A DNA stretch of 64,000 bases, taken from positions 8,033-72,032 of the forward strand of contig JAJLJS010000020.1 of NCBI GenBank assembly GCA_033844545.1. Reading direction: 5' to 3'. The notes beneath the pieces were generated by a model that was given only the letters and a program-made list of their open reading frames with translations, did not search any database and had not been told where the DNA came from. Within the stretch, counting starts at the first letter, position 1, and each line of letters opens with the position of its first letter. Origin of the DNA: Cyclobacteriaceae bacterium (lineage in GTDB: Bacteria; Bacteroidota; Bacteroidia; Cytophagales; Cyclobacteriaceae). Below are positions 8,624 through 16,297 of this stretch, piece by piece. Position numbers and translations under genes: made by a program.

Positions 8624-10885
8624 ATGTTTACAAAGGACGCTGCGAATTTTCTTTTTGGCTTTGCCTTGTTGGTGTCCTTCCTTTTGGTCCTGTTAGGCCC
8701 AAAACTTAGGTTTGATTACGATTTTGAGCAGTTTTTTCCTGAATCGGACGAGGATTTGACGTTCTATAGGGAGTATTCCCTGGCCTTTGGAACCGACAAC
8801 GATTACCTGCTGCTGGCTTTTGAAAAGGAAGAAAAGGAAAGCCTTTCTGAATTTATGGTAAACCTCCGCCGACTTCAGGAAAATCTGGAATCCCTGCCAG
8901 CTGTGGATACCGTTTTGAGCGTTTGGGATATTCAAAAACCGATCATTGGACTTTTTGGGCTGAGGACTGTCCCTGCATTTGAAATAAATCAAGAGGAGAT
9001 CAACTGGAATGTAAATCCGGTGGATCTGAAAGGTAAGTTTTCTTCAAAAAATGGTGAAGCTTGGTTGCTTTTGTTGAAGAATAATCCGGGAATGAGCAAA
9101 GTAGCGGGTGATTCTTTATATCGTCAAATCACTCAAGAAATCAACTCTTCCCCACTTCATCTCAGCGCAGTGGCCGGAAAAATTCAGACCCAAGGGGATT
9201 TTGTCTCCTTGATGCAGCAAGAGTTTGGGATGTTTTTCGCGCTTTCTCTTTTGCTGATGTTGGGGTTGTTGATCCTTGTGTTTCGGACCTGGTGGGGAGT
9301 TTTGATCCCGGTTCTGGTCCTTGGGATTGGCGTAATTTGGGCATTTGGTTTCATACTGGGTTTAGGAAAAAGTCTCGCCTTGATGTCTGTCATGCAGCCC
9401 ACCATATTTCTGATCGTCGGGCTCAGTGCCTTGATTCATATTTTTATTCATTTCCAGAAAAAAAGAAAATTAGGGATTGCTCATGAACAGGCCGTAAATC
9501 AGAGTTTTCAAGAGCTTTTCGTTCCTGTTTTTCTGACCATCCTGACTACATCCTTGGGATTTTTCTCACTGTGGTTTACCACAATTCCAGCTTTGAAAGA
9601 TTTTGGCCTAACCACCGGATTGGGGATTTTGGTGGTTTTTGGTGCCATTTTGGGCTTTGGGCCGTTTTTATTGTACCGGTTAGGTGCAAAGTCCAATGGG
9701 GCAGGCTTGCCCAACAAAACCGGTTTAATGATGCCTGCAATTTTCCAATGGATTTTGGGAAATAGAAAATGGATTCCCTGGGCATTTTTGGGCCTTTCGA
9801 CGGTAGGAGTCTGGGCTGGCACCCAAATACCGATTAATGGGTTCCTTTTGGACAATTTACCTGAGGACCATCCTATTCAGCAGGATTTCATTTTTTTTGA
9901 CCAACAGTTTGGGGGATCCAATCCCCTCGAAATTTCTTTGGAAACCGGTTCAAATTCAGAGTCGCTTTTGACATACGATGTTCTTCGAGAGGCTGAAAAG
10001 GTAGAGCAAAAGCTTCGGGAGATTTTTCCTCAAGCGGAGTTTATTTCTCCGGTTACCCTGGTCAAGGTGCTCAATCAGGCTCAAAATCAAGGTTCCGCTA
10101 AGGCGTTTTCCTTTCCTTCACCGGGTCAATTTATCCGGATGAAAAGCTACCTGGACCAATTTATCCGTCGAAGCGGAAAGGAAGTGTTGGCTGAAAATCG
10201 AAAGTGGGGGAGAATTGGGGGCAGAGTACCTGATTTGGGAACCCTCCAAATGGAGCAAAAGCGGAATGAGTTCTTCGCCTTTGTAGAAAAGGAAATCAAC
10301 CCGGCACTTCTGAAAGTCCGATGGACCGGTACTTCTTACTTGATCGACCAAGGTCATCAGACAGTAACCCAACAAATGGCCAGGGGCTTAGGAGTGGCCT
10401 TTCTCTTGGTGGGCTTGATTGCAGGGGTTCTTTTTCGGTCTTGGAGAATATCTTTCATTTTATTGATTCCCAATGTAGTTCCCCTGCTTTGGATGCTTGG
10501 ATTGATGTATGTTCTCGGGGTGGAGTTTAAGTTGACAACGGCCATCCTTTTCACAGTAGCATTCGGCATTGCAGTGGATGACAGCATTCATTTCATGACC
10601 CGACTGAGGATGGAAATGAGTAAGGGGAAAAGTTTGTTTTATGCCTTGAAAAGAACATTTCTGGAAACTGGAAAAGCATTGATCTGGACCACAGTGATTC
10701 TTGTTGCCGGATTCTCCTTGTTTCTTTTTTCCAGCTTTGGTGTTACCTATTATTCTGGCTTGCTGATTGGAGCTACCTTGATTTTTGCCTTGGTGGCGGA
10801 TCTAATATTACTTCCGGTTTTGCTTTTTCCCATGAAAAAAGTCTGGGAGAAAAAGCAGAGTAAAGGAATTTATTCAGGCAGTTGA
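8624..10885 (+). CDS. MMPL/RND family membrane transporter
   Basis: Two repeats of a periplasmic domain plus TM bundle, with GIAVDDSIHF in the second repeat. ATG at 8624 preferred over TTG at 8612. Confidence 0.85.
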   Translation: MFTKDAANFLFGFALLVSFLLVLLGPKLRFDYDFEQFFPESDEDLTFYREYSLAFGTDNDYLLLAFEKEEKESLSEFMVNLRRLQENLESLPAVDTVLSVWDIQKPIIGLFGLRTVPAFEINQEEINWNVNPVDLKGKFSSKNGEAWLLLLKNNPGMSKVAGDSLYRQITQEINSSPLHLSAVAGKIQTQGDFVSLMQQEFGMFFALSLLLMLGLLILVFRTWWGVLIPVLVLGIGVIWAFGFILGLGKSLALMSVMQPTIFLIVGLSALIHIFIHFQKKRKLGIAHEQAVNQSFQELFVPVFLTILTTSLGFFSLWFTTIPALKDFGLTTGLGILVVFGAILGFGPFLLYRLGAKSNGAGLPNKTGLMMPAIFQWILGNRKWIPWAFLGLSTVGVWAGTQIPINGFLLDNLPEDHPIQQDFIFFDQQFGGSNPLEISLETGSNSESLLTYDVLREAEKVEQKLREIFPQAEFISPVTLVKVLNQAQNQGSAKAFSFPSPGQFIRMKSYLDQFIRRSGKEVLAENRKWGRIGGRVPDLGTLQMEQKRNEFFAFVEKEINPALLKVRWTGTSYLIDQGHQTVTQQMARGLGVAFLLVGLIAGVLFRSWRISFILLIPNVVPLLWMLGLMYVLGVEFKLTTAILFTVAFGIAVDDSIHFMTRLRMEMSKGKSLFYALKRTFLETGKALIWTTVILVAGFSLFLFSSFGVTYYSGLLIGATLIFALVADLILLPVLLFPMKKVWEKKQSKGIYSGS

Positions 10886-11904
10886 AAAGTTGCCGAAACA
10901 GGATAGTGATCGGAATAGTCCACTTCCCGATGCGTATGAAAATAGACGGGCTTTAACTCCGGGCTAGCAAAAATATGATCAATGCGAAGGAAAAACAGAA
11001 TTCGGTTAAAGGTAAATCCAAAGCCGTTTCCTGCTAACTCAAAGGCATTTTTCAGTTTTTGACTGAGTTTGAAATAGGCATAGGAATATGGGATTTCATT
11101 CAAGTCGCCCATCAAAATGACCGGGTGGGGACTATTGCTCAGGTGCTCGAACAAAATTTCCAATTGCTCGGCTCGGGCCATACTGCCCCGGTGAAGTTTT
11201 CCAAGTGTTTTACGGTAGACTTGTTTGGCTTGGTCATAATTATCCAAAGCTTCTGCCTGAATTGCCATGGATTCCAGGTGGGTGTTGTAAATTCTGAGGG
11301 TATCCGAACCTACCCGGATATCTGCAAAAATCGCCCCGTTGGAATATTTGGTGTCAAAAACGACTCCCTCATGGACTATTGGGTATTTGGAGAAGATCGC
11401 CATACCTATCGACCGTCTGGTTTTATTGCCTTCTCCGGATTGGTAACTGTACTCATATTCCCCGTCCTTGCTCAGGATTTTAAGGGAGTTTTTGGCAGGG
11501 GAGGTGTTGTCCTGATAAAATTCCTGAAACGCTTTTACATCCGCAGGGTGGTCTCTCAACCAAGTATAAATATTGGGGTCGAATTCACCGGTAATGCTTC
11601 TTTTGTAATCGAACATGTGTGCATTGTAGGTTAATACCCGGAGGCCTTCCTCATTTTCAGAAGAAGGATGAAATTGGTAAGTGATCAGAAAAAACCTGTA
11701 GCCAATTAGTAAGGCCAAAAGGGGGATAAAGGCGGTTTTCTTCCAAGAAATGGCCAAAATGATGAAAAGAATACTATTGACCACCAACACCACCGGAATC
11801 ATGAAAGGCAATAGTCCTACGTAGGGGAAATTTGTCGGAGAGACCAAAACACTCAGATAGAGGGTCATGGTTACCAAAAAGACTATCCAGCTGATATATT
11901 TCAT
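10870..11904 (-). CDS. Endonuclease/exonuclease/phosphatase (EEP) family membrane protein
   Basis: N-terminal TMs; LTYN, FQE, NTHLES, MGDLN, RIDHIF and SDHYPV motifs. Confidence 0.9.
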   Translation of the reverse strand: MKYISWIVFLVTMTLYLSVLVSPTNFPYVGLLPFMIPVVLVVNSILFIILAISWKKTAFIPLLALLIGYRFFLITYQFHPSSENEEGLRVLTYNAHMFDYKRSITGEFDPNIYTWLRDHPADVKAFQEFYQDNTSPAKNSLKILSKDGEYEYSYQSGEGNKTRRSIGMAIFSKYPIVHEGVVFDTKYSNGAIFADIRVGSDTLRIYNTHLESMAIQAEALDNYDQAKQVYRKTLGKLHRGSMARAEQLEILFEHLSNSPHPVILMGDLNEIPYSYAYFKLSQKLKNAFELAGNGFGFTFNRILFFLRIDHIFASPELKPVYFHTHREVDYSDHYPVSATFQLPE

Positions 11905-12110
11905 GAAAAATAATAGTGGTTTGGATTTCGTGTGCTTCTTTGGGCAATTTTAGGTCCAAAATACATAATATTCAATGTTGATTATTTGAGGGGCATCCTG
12001 GGGGAAAATACGGCGGAAAGATAGATTCGTTTCTTTTGGCCTCTTGTTTGATTTGAATCCAATAACTTACCTTTACGTAAATACCCTATCGTCTATCTTT
12101 AATCACCGAC

Positions 12111-12680
12111 ATGAAAAAGAAAATTTTGTTAGCCTTAGCAACCTCAGCCCTTGTGGTATTTTATGGTTGTAACTCCAAGAATTCAGAGTCTACGGAAGCG
12201 GAAGAAACCACAGAAGCGGCTTCTGCAGAGGAAGAAGAAAAAAGACCCAGTCCATTGGAGGTTAAAGAGGGAACTATCGGCTCTAAGTCGATTAAAGTCC
12301 AATATGGTTCTCCTTCCGTGAAGGGACGAACTCTTTGGGGTGATTTGGTGCCCTACAATGTGGTGTGGAGAACTGGTGCGAATGAGGCGACATTCATCGA
12401 TATTCCTCAGGACATCACCGTGGAAGGAAAGCCCTTGGCAGCAGGAAAATATTCCTTGTTCACCATTCCGAAAGAAACCGGAAAATGGACCGTAATACTC
12501 AATTCTGATTGGAATCTTGAACATGGGCATTTTCAGTATGACGAAAAAAATGATGTGCTCAGGGTAGAAGTAACCCCGATCTGGGAAGAAACTTCCACAG
12601 AACGGCTTACCATCGATGTGGAAAGCCCGGGATTAGTCATCCGTTGGGATAAATTGAAACTTCCAATTACGATTCAATAG
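12111..12680 (+). CDS. DUF2911-family lipoprotein
   Basis: Lipobox FYGC; RPSP, YGSPSVKGR, WRTGANEAT and GKYSLFTIP motifs. Confidence 0.85.
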   Translation: MKKKILLALATSALVVFYGCNSKNSESTEAEETTEAASAEEEEKRPSPLEVKEGTIGSKSIKVQYGSPSVKGRTLWGDLVPYNVVWRTGANEATFIDIPQDITVEGKPLAAGKYSLFTIPKETGKWTVILNSDWNLEHGHFQYDEKNDVLRVEVTPIWEETSTERLTIDVESPGLVIRWDKLKLPITIQ

Positions 12681-12687
12681 CTACACT

Positions 12688-12714
12688 ACTCCCCGGAACT
12701 TTCGGGGAGTTTTT
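12688..12714 (+). terminator. Intrinsic terminator
   Basis: ACTCCCCGGA-act-TTCGGGGAGT plus T-run. Confidence 0.85.
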
Positions 12715-12808
12715 ATTTCCAGATTATTTTTTTTTAGTTTTCCTATCTAGATCCTGAAATCTCAATCTGGATTTTTGGGTCTAAGGAAATATCACCCCTA
12801 GAAATCTT

Positions 12809-15223
12809 ATGAAGTTTATTTCCTTTTTCCTGGCATTCCTGATTACTGCCGCTTTGGCCATAGTCATTTCCATTCCTATCAAGCAGATACCTCCCCTTGC
12901 TCCATTATTGGATCCTCATCATGGATTTTGGCAAAACACACTCAGCGAGGATCAACTTGCAAAGGAGGAAATTTCTCTAAAAAACCTATCTGCGCCGGTT
13001 GAAGTCGTTTACGATGAAAATCTGATCCCTCATATTTTCGCCGAAAATGAAGAGGATTTGTATCGGGCTCAGGGGTATGTCACGGCACAGCATAGATTAT
13101 GGCAAATGGAATTTCAAACCATGGCCGCAGCCGGAAGAATTTCCGAAATCGTAGGGCCAATGGCCCTGGACCTGGACCGGATGACCAGGAGAAAGGGCTT
13201 GGCTTTTGGAGCTGAGTTGGGCTTGAAATTCCTCCGGGAAAATGATCCCAAAACCTTGGCATTGGTGGAAGCTTACGCAGATGGTGTCAATCAATACATC
13301 GATCAATTGACCCCGGCCAGACTTCCTGTGGAATATAAAATATTAAACTACCGTCCGGAGCCATGGTCAGCTTTCAAATCGCTGTTGCTCCTCAAGTATA
13401 TGTCTGATATGTTGGTAGGAGATCGGGATCTGGAATTTACCAACCTGAGGGCTATTCTTGGGGAGTCTAAGCTCAACAAACTTTTTCCGGAATTCCCCAA
13501 GGACAATGATCCTGTCATCGAAGCAAGCCGGGTTTGGGATTTTTCTCCCATTTCTGTTACCCTACCTGACAGTATCGCTTACCCCAATGAACCCTTGATT
13601 ACAGCTCCCCTTCCTCAGCCTGTGGAAGGTACCGGATCCAACAATTGGGCTGTAGCCGGTAAAAAGACCAAAAATGGAAATCCAATCTTAGCCAATGATC
13701 CTCACTTAAGCTTGAATCTTCCTTCCCTATGGTATTCCATGCAGCTGACTACTCCTGAGCATTCCGTCAAAGGAGCCACTTTGCCCGGAGCTTTGGGAGT
13801 TATTTCTGGATTTAATGAAAACATCGCCTGGGGAGTTACGAATGCGACCAAGGATGCCAGAGATTGGTATAAAATCAGCTTCCAGGATGAGGGCAGAAAA
13901 GCGTATAAGTTTGGGGACGAGTGGAGACCTACCCAAGAAAGAATCGAAGAGATAAAAATCAAAGGAGAGAAGCCTTTTTTAGACACAGTCATCTATACCC
14001 ACTATGGGCCAGTGGTCTATGACCGGAGTTTTAGGGGGGATCGCCAGGATGTGAATTTCGCGCTGAAGTGGACCGTTCATGAAGGTTCGAATGAGCAAAG
14101 GACATTTTTAGAGATGAACAAGGCAAAGAACTACGCAGACTATAATTCCGCCTTGGATCATTATTCAGCGCCTGCTCAGAACTTCGTTTTTGCTTCCAAA
14201 TCCGGCGATATCGCCATGAGAATTCAGGGAAAATTCCCGCTCAAATGGAAAGGGCAGGGGAAATTTTTCATGGATGGAGCCAATCCCAAAATGGAATGGC
14301 AGGGATATATTCCCAATTCCCAAAATCCGAGCACACTGAATCCCGAGCGGGGGTTTGTTTCCTCAGCCAACCAGCACCCCGTCGATCCTTCTTATCCGTA
14401 TTATGTTTTTGACAATTCCTATGAACATTATCGAAACAGAAGGATCAACAACAGACTAAGGGAAATGGAGCAGATCACGGTGGAGGATATGAAATCTCTT
14501 CAATTCGATGATTATAATCTTCAGGCTTCGGAAGCTTTGCCGTTGATGATCAACTATTTGGGAGTCCACAAAGCCGGTACTCCGGAAGCTGAGAAATATT
14601 TAAAAGAGCTCGGGGAATGGAATTATATGGCTGCGCCAAATCAAAAGGCCCAAACCTTGTATTCAATTTGGTTTGCTGAAACGGCAGAAAGCATTTGGCA
14701 AGAATTAAGAAGCTACGAAGCGCCCCTTCTTTCTCCAAACTCCTATCAAACCATTCAACTTATGTCAAATTCACCCAAGGATTCTGTGTTTGATATCCGA
14801 AATACTCCGACATTGGAAACGGCCGAATACCACGTAAGAGCAGGATTTGACTCTCTTCTGGTTGCCATGAAAAAGTGGGAAGAGACAGAAGGGGATTACT
14901 CTTGGGCCAATTATAAAAAGACATCCATCCAACACTTGGTGCCTAATTTCAAATCCTTCTCGGTGAGCAACATCTACACAGGAGGAGGATCAGGAATGGT
15001 CAATGCTACAGGAAGCCGCCATGGAGCTAGCTGGAGAATGGTGGTGGAATTGGGTGAGGAAGTTCAGGCTTTTGGCATTTATCCGGGAGGTCAATCTGGC
15101 AATCCTGGAAGTAAATTTTACGCCAATTTCATTTCAAAATGGGCGAATGGAGAATACCTGAATTTTAATCTTCGGACTCAGGACCAATCAGAAGGAGTAC
15201 TATTTCAAACCCGCTTAAAGTAA
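12809..15223 (+). CDS. Penicillin acylase family (Ntn-hydrolase) protein
   Basis: IPHIFA, GYVTAQHRLWQME, GSNNWAV (nucleophile Ser), ANDPHL and GGQSGNPGS motifs. Confidence 0.92.
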   Translation: MKFISFFLAFLITAALAIVISIPIKQIPPLAPLLDPHHGFWQNTLSEDQLAKEEISLKNLSAPVEVVYDENLIPHIFAENEEDLYRAQGYVTAQHRLWQMEFQTMAAAGRISEIVGPMALDLDRMTRRKGLAFGAELGLKFLRENDPKTLALVEAYADGVNQYIDQLTPARLPVEYKILNYRPEPWSAFKSLLLLKYMSDMLVGDRDLEFTNLRAILGESKLNKLFPEFPKDNDPVIEASRVWDFSPISVTLPDSIAYPNEPLITAPLPQPVEGTGSNNWAVAGKKTKNGNPILANDPHLSLNLPSLWYSMQLTTPEHSVKGATLPGALGVISGFNENIAWGVTNATKDARDWYKISFQDEGRKAYKFGDEWRPTQERIEEIKIKGEKPFLDTVIYTHYGPVVYDRSFRGDRQDVNFALKWTVHEGSNEQRTFLEMNKAKNYADYNSALDHYSAPAQNFVFASKSGDIAMRIQGKFPLKWKGQGKFFMDGANPKMEWQGYIPNSQNPSTLNPERGFVSSANQHPVDPSYPYYVFDNSYEHYRNRRINNRLREMEQITVEDMKSLQFDDYNLQASEALPLMINYLGVHKAGTPEAEKYLKELGEWNYMAAPNQKAQTLYSIWFAETAESIWQELRSYEAPLLSPNSYQTIQLMSNSPKDSVFDIRNTPTLETAEYHVRAGFDSLLVAMKKWEETEGDYSWANYKKTSIQHLVPNFKSFSVSNIYTGGGSGMVNATGSRHGASWRMVVELGEEVQAFGIYPGGQSGNPGSKFYANFISKWANGEYLNFNLRTQDQSEGVLFQTRLK

Positions 15224-15229
15224 TTTCAC

Positions 15230-15604
15230 ATGAGATTTATTCTATTGACCATTGTCGTGGTACTGTTAGTGGTTTTTCTAGGACCTCTCGTACCCTATTG
15301 GGTTTTGATGATCGGAGTTGGGATTCTCAGTGCCCTGATCCTACCGACGGGATTCGGAGGGTTCATGGGAGGGGGATTAGGCATGGGATTTTCCTGGATT
15401 GGAATCAGCATTTACCTTGGACTTACTACGGCGAGTCCTCTTCCGGATAAAATGGGAGAGCTTTTTGGAGGTGTTTCAGGAATGACTTTGGTGGGTATAG
15501 TCGGGGTATTGGGGTTTTTATTGGGAGGATTTAGTGGGCTTTCGGGGGTTCTATTTCGAAAAATGATCACCCCAAGGGCAAAGAATATCTATAGAGGTTC
15601 ATAA
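15230..15604 (+). CDS. Small Gly-rich membrane protein, co-transcribed with the acylase
   Basis: About 4 hydrophobic segments; starts 6 bp after the acylase stop. Confidence 0.7.
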   Translation: MRFILLTIVVVLLVVFLGPLVPYWVLMIGVGILSALILPTGFGGFMGGGLGMGFSWIGISIYLGLTTASPLPDKMGELFGGVSGMTLVGIVGVLGFLLGGFSGLSGVLFRKMITPRAKNIYRGS

Positions 15605-15662
15605 CTACATTTTTGAGCAGTTTTTTACACCAAAAAATGTTCATTTGTTTTTCCAATTTCCT

Positions 15663-15689
15663 ATAATGAGTACCTTTGTTACTCATTAT
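15663..15689. promoter_or_regulatory. Palindromic operator 1, ATAATGAGTA-N7-TACTCATTAT, overlapping the -7 element TACCTTTG (15671-15678)
   Basis: Perfect 10-bp arms; a second copy lies at 45094-45118. Confidence 0.75.
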
Positions 15690-15702
15690 TTCGGGATTTT
15701 TT

Positions 15703-16221
15703 ATGTTAGAATCTTTGATCACGTCCAAGACCAGGCTTAGGCTATTGGTAAAGTTTTTTGTCAACTCTCAGAATCATAGTCATTTAAGGGGGCTTGCTGA
15801 GGAATTTGGGGAGTCCACCAATGCCATTCGCAAAGAGCTGAATAACCTGACTCAGGCAGGAATTTTGGTCAAGCATTCAGACAAGAATAAAATAGAATAT
15901 CAAGCAAACGTCAAGCACCCTTTCTTTACCAATATCCGGGACATTATCCGAAAATATTTGGGACTGGATATGCTTTTGGAGCAAATCTTGGAAAGAATGG
16001 GAGAAGTGGAGCAGGTAGTGCTGACTGGAGATATAGCCAGGGGTAGCGATACGGGTACGATTGACGTATTGGTGACCGGGACAAATCTGAATGATGAATA
16101 CATCAGTCACTTGACCAAAAGGATAGAGCAGCTGATCGATCGCAAGGTCCTATTTACCTTGGCTACCGGAAGAATTTCTTCCGGAGGCCTAATCCTGTTT
16201 GACCGTCAGGCAGGAGTTTGA
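15703..16221 (+). CDS. Winged-helix (ArsR-like) regulator fused to a degenerate nucleotidyltransferase-like domain
   Basis: N-terminal LRGLAEEFGESTNAIRKELNNLTQAGIL wHTH. C-terminal VVLTGDIARGSDTGTIDVLVTG resembles the MNT motif GSxARG...DxD. ATG at 15703 preferred over TTG at 15676. Confidence 0.8.
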   Translation: MLESLITSKTRLRLLVKFFVNSQNHSHLRGLAEEFGESTNAIRKELNNLTQAGILVKHSDKNKIEYQANVKHPFFTNIRDIIRKYLGLDMLLEQILERMGEVEQVVLTGDIARGSDTGTIDVLVTGTNLNDEYISHLTKRIEQLIDRKVLFTLATGRISSGGLILFDRQAGV

Positions 16222-16241
16222 TTTTTTTTACAATAATAATT

Positions 16242-16280
16242 GCTTCGGTAGGTTCTAAATGGGACTGAAAGGGCGAAGCT
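16242..16280 (+). promoter_or_regulatory. Leader element 1 (ops/JUMPstart-like), core GGGACTGAAAGGGCGAAGCT at 16261-16280
   Basis: Core is 18/20 identical to 45217-45236; both copies lie upstream of polysaccharide genes. Confidence 0.6.
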
Positions 16281-16297
16281 GTATCTAGATAGACGTT

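Noticed and set aside
10870-10885. 16-bp tail-to-tail overlap of the MMPL and EEP genes
   Set aside because: Short convergent overlaps are common.
15614-15632. Possible third degenerate operator (TGAGCA...TACACCA)
   Set aside because: Multiple mismatches and different spacing; too weak to support.
15703-16221. MNT-HEPN toxin-antitoxin or defence system
   Set aside because: No adjacent HEPN or other toxin gene, and the NTase catalytic motif is degenerate.
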